From an uncultured Planctomycetota bacterium (GTDB lineage Bacteria; Planctomycetota; Planctomycetia; Isosphaerales; Isosphaeraceae): a DNA stretch of 64,000 nucleotides. Under the pieces are notes generated by a model. That model made no database searches, was not told the origin of the DNA, and saw nothing but the letters and a program-made list of their open reading frames with translations. The stretch covers positions 468,287 to 532,286 of the forward strand of contig CAWJTV010000036.1 in assembly GCA_963845755.1 (NCBI GenBank). The letters are read 5' to 3'. Positions 12,002 to 22,522 of this stretch are shown in pieces. How positions within the stretch are numbered: the first letter of the stretch is position 1; each line of letters starts with the position of its first letter. A program made the position numbers and the translations under genes.

Positions 12002-12778
12002 ATGTTGCGCATCGTGGCGGACCTGGGAAACACGCGGCTCAAGTGGGGCCGGCTCGACGAATCTGGGCGATTGGTCGAGGTGATCGCGTTGCCGCTGGAC
12101 GACCCGTCGGCCTGGGCGTCGGCCTGGGCGGATTGGGATCGGCTCGAGCCGGGGAACGCCTGGTGGGCGGTCTCGACGGTCAACCCGCCGGTCGCGGACC
12201 GTCTTGAGACGTTCCTTCGAGAGCAGCAGGTCGGCCGGGTGAGCTGGATCCGCTCGGCGGCGGAGGTGCCCGTGGCCAAGGACGTGGACGGGGCCGATAG
12301 CGGGGGTTCCGACCGGGCCCTGGCGGTCTTCGCCGCGAGTCGGATCATGCCGGCGGGCCGGCCGGGGCTGGTGGTCATGTGCGGCACGGCGATCACCGTG
12401 GAGCGGCTCACGGCCGCAGGGGTCTGGCAGGGCGGGGCGATCGCCCCGGGCCTGGGACTGACCGCGCGGGCCTTGCACCTGATGACCGCACAGCTCCCGA
12501 TGATCCAGGTGACCCAGGCCCCACCCGCCTGGGGCCGGGGTACGGAGCAATCGCTCGAGGCGGGCATCTACTGGGGGATCGTCGGAGCCGTCCGCGAGCT
12601 GCTGGCCCGCCAGCGCGAGGACCTCGACGGCGATCCCTGGGTCGTCTGGACCGGTGGCGACGCCGCGCTCCTGGCGCCGCCGGTCTCCGGGCCCGATGCC
12701 CGCGTCGAGGCGCAGTTGATCCTCCTCGGTATCGCGGCCGTGGGCTTCGGCACACCGCTCGGGAATCCCAATAGTTGA
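12002..12778 (+). CDS. coaX: Type III pantothenate kinase
   Basis: ADLGNTRLKWG, GSDRA, CGTAITVE, GGAIAPGLGL and TGGDA. Confidence 0.9.
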   Translation: MLRIVADLGNTRLKWGRLDESGRLVEVIALPLDDPSAWASAWADWDRLEPGNAWWAVSTVNPPVADRLETFLREQQVGRVSWIRSAAEVPVAKDVDGADSGGSDRALAVFAASRIMPAGRPGLVVMCGTAITVERLTAAGVWQGGAIAPGLGLTARALHLMTAQLPMIQVTQAPPAWGRGTEQSLEAGIYWGIVGAVRELLARQREDLDGDPWVVWTGGDAALLAPPVSGPDARVEAQLILLGIAAVGFGTPLGNPNS

Positions 12779-13059
12779 GCTTCCCCGATCAAGGCACTTT
12801 CGTTAGGTTATCCGCCACGACACAACACGTCTGAGGGGATTTCCCTATCCCGAACGAAGCGGAATCGAGACGTCGCGCCGCCCAGCCGGCGGATTCGGAG
12901 CGTGGGCCCGATTAGCGGGCCCAGAAGTTCTGACCGGCGAGGTGGGCAGGAAGCCCGCCCCCGAGGCACCGGCGTCGAGAGTCGTCCGACGACAGGAGGT
13001 CGATCGGAATGGACCGTGATCCAGGGAGGCCGCACGCGCAGAACCCCGCGCGGCACTCC

Positions 13060-14627
13060 ATGCGGGTTGGGATCGCTTATGCGGCCTTGATCCTCCTGAC
13101 GGCCATGCCGATAGTGCGCGCCCCAGGGGCCGCAGTTCGACGTGGGCGCACCGCCGGGTGCCGCCGGCGGTGCCAGCACGGTCGGCCAGCCGCTGGGCGC
13201 GGCCGATTTCCCCGATTTCGGGACGACCTCGATCGCCCCGTTCAGCGGCAAACCCGGGCCTGGGGGAAGCCGCGCCCCGGCGAGTTCCCTCGCGGCGCAG
13301 GGGCGTCTCCGTATTCCGGACGTCCGCCCGGAAGCAATTCGCCGTCCAGCCCATCCAGGAGCAGAATGTCCCGGCTTACGGCGATCTGGATCTCCCCGAG
13401 GAGATGGAAGGCCCTACCAACGGGATGACCCTCGACGCGGCGATCGAGGTGCTGGTCAAGCAGAACCTCGACCTGGAGGCCTACCGCCTGGAGATCCCCA
13501 TGGCGGATGCCGACGTCCTTACCGCCAACCTCCGCGCGAATCCGATCTTCTACGCCGACACCCAGCTCATCCCCTACGGCCACTATTCGTTCCTGAGGCC
13601 CGGCGGGCCGCCGCAGAGCGACATCAACATCAACTATCCCCTGGACGTGAGCTTCAAGCGCCTGGCGCGGACACGCTCGGCGCGGGCCGCCCGGAAGGTC
13701 ACCGAGGCCCAGCTCCAGGACGCCATCCGCAACTCGATCGATAACCTCTACACGGTCTATGTGGACGCGGTCGCGGCCGCGCTGACGGTCAAGTTCAGCG
13801 AGACCTACGCCAAGGGCATCCGGCGGCTTCTCGATCGCAACGAACGGCTCTTCAAGGCCGGCCTGATCAGGGAGGCCGACGTCCTGGCGGTCCGTGCGAA
13901 GCTGGAGATGGCCGAGCTCCAGGTCCGCGAGTCGAGCCAGGCGAAGATCAAGGCCAATCGCGATCTCACCCTGATCCTCAACCTGTCCCTCGACCGGGCG
14001 GACGCCCTGGAGGTGCTCGACCCCATCGGTCAGCTCCGCGATGTCCCCCAGCCCCGGGACGAGCTGGTGTCCAAGGCGCTGGCCGGCCGGCCGGACCTGC
14101 TCGCTATCAAACTGGGTGTCGTTCGCGCCGGGGCCGATGTCCGGCTCGCCAAGGCCAACGCCTACCAGGATATCTACGTGCTCTATCAGCCTTATACGTA
14201 CCAGAACAACACCTACCTTGGCGTACCTAGTGCCTATTCGTGGACCCTCGGCGTGACGGCCGCGCTTCCGTTCTATAACCGGAACCAGGGGAACATCACG
14301 CGCGCCAAGCTCAACGTGGATCAGACGAAACTCCAGGCGACCAGCCAGGAGCGCCAGGTCGTCAGCGATGTGATGGACGCCACCCAGGAGCTCCAGCAGA
14401 GCTATATCAGCGTCGTCGAGTTCCGCCGCGAGATCATTCCGGCATCGAAGCGGATGCGTGAGGCGGCGTTCAAACTCTACGACCGAGGGGAAACCAGTGT
14501 GCTGGACTACCTCGAAGCCCAGCTCTCCTTCAACGACGTCGTCAAGCAGTACCGCGACTCGCTCGTCCGCCATCGCCGGGCGATGCTGGACCTCAATACG
14601 GCCGTCGGAGAACGGGTGTTGCCGTGA
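13060..14627 (+). CDS. TolC/CzcC-like outer membrane efflux protein (two frameshifts in the N-terminal region)
   Basis: Signal peptide MRVGIAYAALILLTAMPIVRA; MTLDAAIE..QNLDL, ALAGRPDL, LPFYNRNQGNI..A and YDRGETSVLDYLEAQ..LNTAVG. No MFP, RND or ABC partner is adjacent. Confidence 0.85.
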
Positions 14628-14632
14628 ATTCT

Positions 14633-14727
14633 CCCCTCCCCCCTTGATGGGGGAGGTTCGGAGTGGGGGTGGTCCCCACTCGCTCCATCCGGCCTTCGGC
14701 CCCCTTCCCCCACGAAAGGGGAAGGGA
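14633..14727. repeat. Double-hairpin REP/RIME-like element
   Basis: cctccccc-ttgat-gggggagg and cccttcccc-cacgaaa-ggggaaggg hairpins directly after the TolC stop. Confidence 0.65.
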
Positions 14728-14745
14728 GACAGGACCGAGGACGAA

Positions 14746-15706
14746 ATGACCAGGGACCAACGATCAAGGCGACATCGCCCTTGTCTCGAGGGCCTGGAGA
14801 CGCGCGACCTCCTGTCAACCTTGCACGTCTTGGGACCGGTCAAGGGCCAGGGCGGAGCCAAGGGCCCCTACTTGAATCTCATCGTCCAATCGGACCAGGT
14901 TGCGGGCACGGCCGGCCGCGTCTCGGCCGGGGGGGGCCGTACCGCCACGACCCCGCCCTGGGTGAACGAGAGCCTCCTACAAGGGGTGGCACAGACGCTT
15001 TTCGCGCCCATCACCACCACCTCGCCGGTCACGGTGGGCGGCCAGACTTTCCCGCCCGGCACCTATTCGGTCCCGCAGCCGACGGAAGCCGAGATCAAGC
15101 GGGAGACGTTCTGGGCCGAATTCGTCGGACATTACTCGGTGGGAGCCCCGCGGTTCTCGAATCAGTCGGCCACGATCCATATCTACAGCAATGGACGAGA
15201 CGTGACGTCGAATCAGACGCTCCAGGCCCGCGCAGGTCCTGTTGCTGCCGCCCGCCGACCCGTCCGCATCGCCTAGCACCGACGATCCCATGGCCGGTCA
15301 GGTCGCCGGCCTGCTGAGCCTCTTCCCGGCCAACGCCCTCCAGTCGGGCACGTCGCTCTTCGCCGAGATCACGAATCTGCCTGGCGTGGCCAGCAATGAC
15401 CCGACCATGCTCGACCATGGTCTCCCGTCACACCTGCAATTCACCCTCGATACCGGCGGTGTCACCGGCGGAGTCTATTCGGTCCCCGCGTATACCGTGA
15501 CCACGGGCGCCGGCGAGTCGAACCAGGTCGTCGGCGGCAATGGGGGTGCGGTGTCCTTCCAGGGCGCGGGGCAGATCGACATCCAGTACATCCCAACCGA
15601 TCACCTTCGCGCCGGCGCCCGGCAATCGGGCACGGTTATCGTGCGAGTACAGGGGCTGATCAACACAACGGGCGTCACCAACGCACTCTACAAGGGCATC
15701 AACTAG
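14746..15706 (+). CDS. Uncharacterised LEPRxLL-type exported protein, paralog 1 (frameshift near 15232)
   Basis: N-terminus RRHRPCLEGLETRDLLS. Shares its core with the two downstream ORFs. Confidence 0.75.
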
Positions 15707-15721
15707 GGAGGAGCGTCGGGA

Positions 15722-16558
15722 ATGCGATCGCACGACCCACGAGGCCGACGCCCCCGCAGCCGGCGCCCGCGACGGCCGATCGTCGAGGGCCTCGAAGCTC
15801 GGGACCTACCGTCATCCGGGGTGTTGTCCGTGGCCGGTGCCCGCCCGCATGCCCGCCCCGCGGCCGCCATCGTTGCCCATCCTGACTCGCCGAACGGACT
15901 GCTCGGCAAGCGGGCGCCCGGGACGTTCCTCGACCGGGCGGTGCTCGACCAGGCGGCCGCCGACCTCTACCATGCGAACGTACCGCCGGGCACGCCAACG
16001 CCGCGCGAGATCCAGCGCCAGACCTTCACGGCCCGATGGATCGGCCGGTACACGATCGGCCCGCCCCGGTTCTCGGACCGGGCCAACACGATCCATCTCT
16101 ACGGAACGGATGGCGGCTCCAATCAGTTCTTCCGGGGGAAGTTCAATATCGCGATCTTCCCGCCCGCCGACCCGGCGGCAACACCGACACCCGGCAATCC
16201 CTTCGCCAACCAGATCACCGGGGTGGCTGCCCTCTACGGCCAGAACTACCTCCAGTCGGGCAGCATGACACTGCTGGACCTCAACGGCACCCCCGCGCCG
16301 GGGTCGTCGCCGGACGCCCTGCCGAACCAATTGAGCTGGACCTATGACTTTAACACCAGCGCAGGCCCCTATGCCGCGCCGGGAGGCATCGCGCCGGGTT
16401 CCGGATTCACCCAGGGCACGGGCACGGTGCAGATCCACTGGATCCCCGACCCGCACCCGCTGCCAGGTACGATGGGATCGGGCCAGGTGGTCCTCACATT
16501 CCAGGGCTTGATCAATACCAGCCAGATCGCCAGCGCCGTGTCGAAGTTCATCATGTAG
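15722..16558 (+). CDS. Uncharacterised LEPRxLL-type exported protein, paralog 2
   Basis: RRPIVEGLEARDLPS N-terminal motif, RBS ggaggag and PTPREIQRQTF..GRYTIGPPRFSD core. Confidence 0.8.
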   Translation: MRSHDPRGRRPRSRRPRRPIVEGLEARDLPSSGVLSVAGARPHARPAAAIVAHPDSPNGLLGKRAPGTFLDRAVLDQAAADLYHANVPPGTPTPREIQRQTFTARWIGRYTIGPPRFSDRANTIHLYGTDGGSNQFFRGKFNIAIFPPADPAATPTPGNPFANQITGVAALYGQNYLQSGSMTLLDLNGTPAPGSSPDALPNQLSWTYDFNTSAGPYAAPGGIAPGSGFTQGTGTVQIHWIPDPHPLPGTMGSGQVVLTFQGLINTSQIASAVSKFIM

Positions 16559-16625
16559 TCCCGAAGCCTGGGGATCACGGGCGAGACTCGGATTTCCGAG
16601 GGCGAAGAGCTCAGACGGCAGGGGG

Positions 16626-17444
16626 ATGGTTCCGATGAATTCGAATGCTCATCGCGATCGCAGCGGCCGGGGCCATCGTCGCGGTCGGCCCTCGATCGAG
16701 GCCCTGGAATCCCGCGACCTGCTCGCGTCGCATCCGCTCGGGCCGGCCCTCCCGGGGAGGCACTATCCGGCGCAGGACGTGCAACAATTCGTCCCGATCC
16801 TCTATCCGCCCGGGACGCCCCAGCCGACAGCGGCCGAGGTCCAGCGTGAGTCGTTCGTCTTCAAGGGCATCGGACATTACACGATCGGCCCGGGTGGTTT
16901 CAGCGATCAGGCGATCCAGATCCACGGCTACGGCAAGCCAGGGACCAGCAACCAGTCCCGGCGGTTCTACTTCCAGTTCGCCATCTTCGAGCCGTCGAGC
17001 ACCGCGCCGAGCCAGTTGGTCTACGGGAACATCAGCTTCGTCGGGGGGAACTACCTGAATAACAGCTCGACGCTGATCACCGACCTCGTCGGGCCGAAGG
17101 GCACCGAGGTGGACGGCCTCCCGACCCACCTCTACTGGGTCTCGGACGTCAATCAATCCAGCTCCGGGCCGTTCGCCGAGACGGGGACGGCCTTCCCCGG
17201 CCGGGCCAACTTCCCGTCAAACTATTTCAACGCCCAGGGCGTGCCGGTCAGTCCCCTTAGCCAGGGCCTGCCCCCGGCCAGCGTGAACGATTGGGGCCTT
17301 TCGCTTGGCGATGCCTCCTTCAAGTACGTCCCCGATGTGCATCCCGCGAGAGGGAGCCTCGGCTCGGGCACAGTCATCGTCACGATGCACGGCCTGATGA
17401 ATAACTCCGGCGCCCAAAGCCAGATCGATAAGAACATCAATTGA
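16626..17444 (+). CDS. Uncharacterised LEPRxLL-type exported protein, paralog 3
   Basis: RGRPSIEALESRDLLA motif and PQPTAAEVQRESF..GHYTIGPGGFSD core. Confidence 0.8.
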   Translation: MVPMNSNAHRDRSGRGHRRGRPSIEALESRDLLASHPLGPALPGRHYPAQDVQQFVPILYPPGTPQPTAAEVQRESFVFKGIGHYTIGPGGFSDQAIQIHGYGKPGTSNQSRRFYFQFAIFEPSSTAPSQLVYGNISFVGGNYLNNSSTLITDLVGPKGTEVDGLPTHLYWVSDVNQSSSGPFAETGTAFPGRANFPSNYFNAQGVPVSPLSQGLPPASVNDWGLSLGDASFKYVPDVHPARGSLGSGTVIVTMHGLMNNSGAQSQIDKNIN

Positions 17445-17483
17445 CCGAGGGCGGCTGGGTCCCGGAATTCTCGAGACTCGCTT

Positions 17484-17498
17484 TGGCACGGAGCTTCC
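17484..17498 (+). promoter_or_regulatory. Possible degenerate sigma54 -24/-12 site
   Basis: TGGCACG-gagc-TTCC. The -24 box is perfect but the -12 reads TTCC instead of TTGC. Confidence 0.2.
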
Positions 17499-17617
17499 GA
17501 GAATTCGTATAGTTAAGGATGTCGGGACGTCTCCAGCAAGCTCGGGTTGCGTCAGCCGGGTGAGGAAGCGGTGCTGCTGGAGTGCGGGGCCGATCCGGAT
17601 GAAACCGAGGATCTCAG

Positions 17618-18601
17618 ATGAGTTTCCCCTCGCGAGATGATGCTGGGACGTCTCGTCCCGACGAGCTGAACGCGTCCGATCGGATCCTGCTCCTGGCACT
17701 GCGCGTTTGGGGCGGTGAAGTCAGGGGCGACCTCGCGGATCCATCCCGATCGAGCCTCTGGGATCGACTCGAGTCCTCATGGGCTCAGCGGCTTCGCGAC
17801 GCCGAGGGCGACGAACGCGATCGAGGCACGGCGCGCGGGGACCTCGAACGCTCTCACCGGACCGAGGCCCGTGTCGATCCGGATCGCGTGCATCCCAGTT
17901 GGTGGGTCCGTGCCCTGAGGGAGGAGTCGCCATCGGTCCGGAGGATCGTCGCGGCAACCGCGCCGCAGTCGGTTCGCAATGCGGTACAGGCCGGACTCCT
18001 GCTCGACAACGACGATCTCCGAGTCGACCGGTCGGCTGATCCCGAGGTCCTGGCCTGGGTCTGGTCGCTCTGGAGCGAGCGGCTCGTCGGTGGTGAGCCG
18101 GAGCGGGCCGACGATCCGCCGGCCATCGTCGCGATGACGGCTCTCTCGCTCCGGACCGGTTATCAACTTTGCCGGCTCACCGGGCTCGCGAAGCGAGCCC
18201 TTGCCGGCCAGGAGGGAGTCGTCGCCGCAACGACACCGGCCTGTCGCGTGCGAACCGAATGGTTCCGGCAGCGCCTCGGCTCCGCGGGCCCGGAGTTCGA
18301 GGCCGTCGCGCGGCATGACATCCGATCCCATCCGGCGACGAACCTGCCCCGGCGCCGGCGCACGGCCCGGCTGGGGCTGCTGACGATCGCACGCCTGCTG
18401 GCCGACGGCGAGCCGTTCCGTGTCCGCTGGGCGCTCCAGCACTGGCCTTACACGATCGCCAAACTGACCCGCTCCCTGATGCCGACGGAATCGAAACGGA
18501 CTTCCGTCGTCGCTCAGGTCGAGTCGCTGGTCTTGAAATCGGCGTGGGATCGGCTCAACCTGGAAGGACGTTCGTCGCGGGCCTGGCCGGGCTCGCATTG
18601 A
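17618..18601 (+). CDS. Hypothetical protein, possibly SctK-like (type III sorting-platform adaptor)
   Basis: 327-aa helical-looking ORF with an RVHPSW motif, immediately upstream of a SpoA-domain gene. The family is inferred. Confidence 0.5.
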   Translation: MSFPSRDDAGTSRPDELNASDRILLLALRVWGGEVRGDLADPSRSSLWDRLESSWAQRLRDAEGDERDRGTARGDLERSHRTEARVDPDRVHPSWWVRALREESPSVRRIVAATAPQSVRNAVQAGLLLDNDDLRVDRSADPEVLAWVWSLWSERLVGGEPERADDPPAIVAMTALSLRTGYQLCRLTGLAKRALAGQEGVVAATTPACRVRTEWFRQRLGSAGPEFEAVARHDIRSHPATNLPRRRRTARLGLLTIARLLADGEPFRVRWALQHWPYTIAKLTRSLMPTESKRTSVVAQVESLVLKSAWDRLNLEGRSSRAWPGSH

Positions 18602-18623
18602 CAACCATGGGGAGCCACACGAC

Positions 18624-19952
18624 TTGAGCCACGCGGAAACGATCTCAACGATAGAATGGCAATCGGATTCGGAGGAGGCGATCTCGGGCCCCGGACCGGT
18701 CGGACCGGCCGCGGACGCCGAGCCGCTCGGCTGGCTGCCGCGGCTGACGAACCGTCAAATGCGGCTCGAGCGCTGGCTCTCCTCATGGAGCCGGGACGGC
18801 CGAGTCCCTCCGTCTCTCGACTGGCTGGACGAAGGTTGCGGTGGCACGATCGCACTCGAACGGCCCGAGGTCCTCTGGCGCGCCTCGGGGCTGAATCGCC
18901 CCGGCCTGATCGCGCAGTTCACGGCACCACGGTTGGCGACTCGATTGGCGATGGGGATCGAGAATGCCCTGGCGCACGTCATCGTCGATCGCCTCCTCGG
19001 CTACGACCGTCCCTTCGCCGAGGGCCGGCTTCAGTTGACGCCCGTCGAATGGGGTGTCTGGACGTTCCTGATCCTCCGGGCCCTGGACTCGATGGGTTCC
19101 GGCACCGCGGGAGAAGGCCCGGACGGGCTCAGGGCGCTCGGGCCTGGCGACCTGACGCTCGACCGGGCCGGGCCTGACCCGTTCGACACGTCGCGACTCG
19201 GGCCGATCGTGACCATTCGATGGCCGCTTCGCGTCGGGACGACCACCGGCGGCGTCCGGCTCTGGCTCCCCGAGCCGGTGGTCGAGCGCTGGCTGGATTC
19301 TCCGAACCGGATGCCTGTCCCCGGCACCGGAACCTCCGACTCTGCCGGCCGTGGAGAGCCGGTCCCCCGCGTACCGCGTGGCGAGCTCTCGGGCGTGTGG
19401 CGGGCCGAGGCCGGGTCCGTTGCGATGTCTCAGGGATTGAAGCGGTTGCGGGTCGGTGGCGTGCTCCCACTCGGCGCCTCTCGCCTCACGGGCACGCCGA
19501 CGAGCCCCGTCGGACCCATCGATCTGATCCTCGACCTGCAGGGCCAGGAGGGCCGATTCCGCATCCCGGTCCAGCCGGTTCCCGACTCGGGCGGCCGGCT
19601 CGTCCGCCTCGACAGCGGCCCGACCCACGAACATCGGCCCCGCGATCCGATCCTCGTCAACGTCAAGGAAAATCGAACGATGAGCCAGCCCAGTGCCGGA
19701 TCCAACCCGCCTCCCGCGACCGCGCCGGAGGTCGCTCCCCTCGATGTCCCAGTCACCCTGGCCGTCGAGCTGGGCCGGGTCAACATGACGCTCAGCCGCC
19801 TGGCCGACCTCAAGCCGGGCGACGTCATCGAGCTGAGCCGGCATAGCCGCGCACCCGTCGAATTGACCTCAAACGGCCGACTCGTCGCCCGCGGCGAGCT
19901 CATCCTCATCGACACTGACCTGGGCGTTAGAGTGACGAGTGTGTTTCTGTAG
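18624..19952 (+). CDS. FliM/FliN-SctQ family protein with a C-terminal SpoA domain
   Basis: C-terminal DVPVTLAVELGRVNMTLSRLADLKPGDVIEL..PVELTSNGRLVARGELILIDTDLGVRVT, plus a FliM-like middle region (IVDRLLG..QLTPVE). Confidence 0.85.
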   Translation: MSHAETISTIEWQSDSEEAISGPGPVGPAADAEPLGWLPRLTNRQMRLERWLSSWSRDGRVPPSLDWLDEGCGGTIALERPEVLWRASGLNRPGLIAQFTAPRLATRLAMGIENALAHVIVDRLLGYDRPFAEGRLQLTPVEWGVWTFLILRALDSMGSGTAGEGPDGLRALGPGDLTLDRAGPDPFDTSRLGPIVTIRWPLRVGTTTGGVRLWLPEPVVERWLDSPNRMPVPGTGTSDSAGRGEPVPRVPRGELSGVWRAEAGSVAMSQGLKRLRVGGVLPLGASRLTGTPTSPVGPIDLILDLQGQEGRFRIPVQPVPDSGGRLVRLDSGPTHEHRPRDPILVNVKENRTMSQPSAGSNPPPATAPEVAPLDVPVTLAVELGRVNMTLSRLADLKPGDVIELSRHSRAPVELTSNGRLVARGELILIDTDLGVRVTSVFL

Positions 19953-19991
19953 GACTCGTCGAAAACCAGGGAGAATCCTGACCATCTGGGC

Positions 19992-20717
19992 TCATCGGTG
20001 ATCCCGGACGTTGGCCAGGGTGACATCGATCTCAGGCGTCGCAACTTCGCCGCGAGCAGATGGTTCGGCGAGCCGTCTTGAATCGTCATCCCCAAGATAC
20101 TCTTCCAACCAGCTCGCCTCGTTCCGATAGGGAGTGTCCTCTAACTCCTTGAGAATCGCGGCCGCACAGCGCGGCATGAGGTCGGGTGGGAGGGCGAGAA
20201 GGGCCAGATAGGCTTGGGCAGGAGTCGCATGCTCTATGGTCTTCCGCACCATCCACGTCCAGTCGGCCGCTTCATAAGAAGCACGGTGCTCGGTGAAACA
20301 TTTGACGACGATTTGACGGACCAAATGGAACACGGGTTCTGTAAGCTCGACGGAATGCTCTTCGAGCACCTCATGAAGGGCGTGCAACAAATCGGATGCG
20401 CATGCACCGGGCGTGCTTATGACGGCTTGCAGTAGGCGGTCGAGCATCCAACTCGACCAGCGCGGCTCATTCGTGTCCAGGTAAAGCCCGAGCAGCATGA
20501 GCTTCGACGCATGAATACGATCGACCTCTGAAACTGAGACGTCGCTCGTCGTGGGCCAAACCGCCGACTTGCATCCGAGAAATCGGACCGCGCTGCCATA
20601 GGCAATCCGAGTCTCCACAGGCAGTTTGGCAAATACCTCGCATGCCGACTCGCTGAGCGAGCGGCTGTTCCGTACTTCGTGCTCGACTCGTTGCGTGAAG
20701 TCTCTTGTATTAGTCAT
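19992..20717 (-). CDS. Hypothetical protein (241 aa)
   Basis: Open frame from MTNTRDFTQRVEHEV. Less GC-biased than its neighbours, with no recognised motif. Confidence 0.55.
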   Translation of the reverse strand: MTNTRDFTQRVEHEVRNSRSLSESACEVFAKLPVETRIAYGSAVRFLGCKSAVWPTTSDVSVSEVDRIHASKLMLLGLYLDTNEPRWSSWMLDRLLQAVISTPGACASDLLHALHEVLEEHSVELTEPVFHLVRQIVVKCFTEHRASYEAADWTWMVRKTIEHATPAQAYLALLALPPDLMPRCAAAILKELEDTPYRNEASWLEEYLGDDDSRRLAEPSARGEVATPEIDVTLANVRDHR

Positions 20718-20764
20718 GGACCATAATCCTGATGATGGTGTCAGGCAAGACCTGTCCCGCCTGA

Positions 20765-22285
20765 TTACACCGGATAGACCACCTGGATCATCGACTGGAG
20801 GGCCAGGGTCTGGACTCCGATGAGCGCGACCGACAGACCCAGGGTCACTGGCCCTCCGTCGAGTCGATGCAGGGCCTGTCCCGCGGCGACGAGCAAGGAT
20901 GGCGTGAAGAGCATCCAGAGCCGGGCGACTTCGCCCATGTTGCGGCCGGTCAGGTTCACGAGGACCAGGACGAGGAGCGTGGCCCACACCGACAACGGCA
21001 CGGTGCGTGGGGCAAGCAGCCCGGCCGCGCACCAGACGACTGCGGGCAAACCGATGGCGATCGCCAACTCGATCGGATTGACCCACAGCCAGAGCCGGTA
21101 AGTGCGGGGATACTCGAGGTAGAATCGCGCGTGATGGTGCAGGTTCCACCCCCAGACGATGAAGGGATCGGCTCTGGTGACCAGCCACCCCGCGAGCACG
21201 AAGGCCAGGAAGCCGGCGCCGATCGCAAGGATCAGCAGGGCGCGCACTCCCGGCCGGATCGACCTGTTGAGGCCGACGATCAGCGCGGTGATCAGTCCCA
21301 CCGGCAGGAATGCGAGCGAAAAGATCATCCCGAACGCCATCACGATCCCTGAGGCCGCGGCGAGCAGGAGCGCGACCAGGGCCGGCCGTTGGTGACCTTT
21401 CTGAGAGCGCACCGCCCAGGCGGCCAGGGCCCAGGCCGACGTCGAGAGCAAGGGGTAAGTCGTATCCGCTCCGGGTTGGAATAGGTTGGCGGCCGGTGCC
21501 AGCGGCCAGAGTGCTGCCGCGGCCCAGGCCGCGGGCGCCGGCAATGCGACCCGCGCCAGCAGGTACAGCGGCACGACCGTCCCGGCGCAAGCCAGGAGCG
21601 TCAATAACGCCGTGGCGTACAGACTCGCCCGTTCCGACTGCCGGATCGGCTGCCCGTCCACGCCCTCGAGCTGGCGAAAGGCCAACTGAACAGAGGGCGG
21701 CATGTGGTCTACCAGGAAACCGGCCAGCGCCGGGTTCTGGTCCATCGTGCGCAGCAGGATGCACTGGGCCACGATCAAGCCAGGTGGATGCGTTCCAATG
21801 TGCAGCGAGTCCTGGCGGCGAATCCATTCGGGATACCTGGCCAGGAACTGCCAGGGATGCTGCGCGGCTTGATCCCGGGCGATCTTGAAATAACCGGTCG
21901 AACCGGACAGGTAGTTGACATAAGCCCACTTGGTCAGATCGTACTCGTCGGGTGCTCCCAGGGGGACCGCGACCTGCACGGCGACCGCGGCCAGCAAGAG
22001 GGCGCCCACCCATCGCGTCTCGGACCATCGACTAGCGAGTCTCCTCAAGGCGCACAACCCCAGGCCGGCGAACCCGGCATAAGCCGCGACGCCCAGGCCC
22101 GCCAGGGTCAGCCAGCTCCACGGGAGCGGGACCATCGGCTTGATGCGCTCCCACCGCCATTCCCCGCGGATGCCCAGTGGCAACTGTCGGGTCTTGACGA
22201 CGACCGCCAGCCCGATCACCAGCGCAGCCTGGAGGGTCAGGATCAGCCCAAGCTTCAGTCTCATCACGACGATCTTAGCTTGCAC
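20765..22285 (-). CDS. Multi-pass membrane protein, probable GT-C glycosyltransferase
   Basis: About 10 hydrophobic segments, HIGTHPPG motif and GEVARLWMLF. Confidence 0.65.
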   Translation of the reverse strand: MQAKIVVMRLKLGLILTLQAALVIGLAVVVKTRQLPLGIRGEWRWERIKPMVPLPWSWLTLAGLGVAAYAGFAGLGLCALRRLASRWSETRWVGALLLAAVAVQVAVPLGAPDEYDLTKWAYVNYLSGSTGYFKIARDQAAQHPWQFLARYPEWIRRQDSLHIGTHPPGLIVAQCILLRTMDQNPALAGFLVDHMPPSVQLAFRQLEGVDGQPIRQSERASLYATALLTLLACAGTVVPLYLLARVALPAPAAWAAAALWPLAPAANLFQPGADTTYPLLSTSAWALAAWAVRSQKGHQRPALVALLLAAASGIVMAFGMIFSLAFLPVGLITALIVGLNRSIRPGVRALLILAIGAGFLAFVLAGWLVTRADPFIVWGWNLHHHARFYLEYPRTYRLWLWVNPIELAIAIGLPAVVWCAAGLLAPRTVPLSVWATLLVLVLVNLTGRNMGEVARLWMLFTPSLLVAAGQALHRLDGGPVTLGLSVALIGVQTLALQSMIQVVYPV

Positions 22286-22522
22286 CCGCGCCCCGGGCGA
22301 GGTGGGTTCTCCAGGGATTTCCTCGCGGGACGGTCCGGGTTCCCAGGATCGAGCCGATCGCCAAAAAAGCGGCGGTCGGTTGCGATGGCGGGCCGAGCAT
22401 GTTCTGATCGTGAATCGTCTCTCGGCTGGTCCTGGGAGCGGAGGCCGGTTTCAGACCCCCGGCGCAGTCGCCTCCCGGATTGGCCGGCCGGAGGGAACCC
22501 CACCGAACCGGAGATCTTGCCG

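Noticed and set aside
10790..14861. Long antisense ORFs (10790..12550, 13242..14861; also 35584..36924 and 52778..54304)
   Set aside because: These are shadow ORFs opposite well-supported genes, expected in high-GC DNA, with no motifs.
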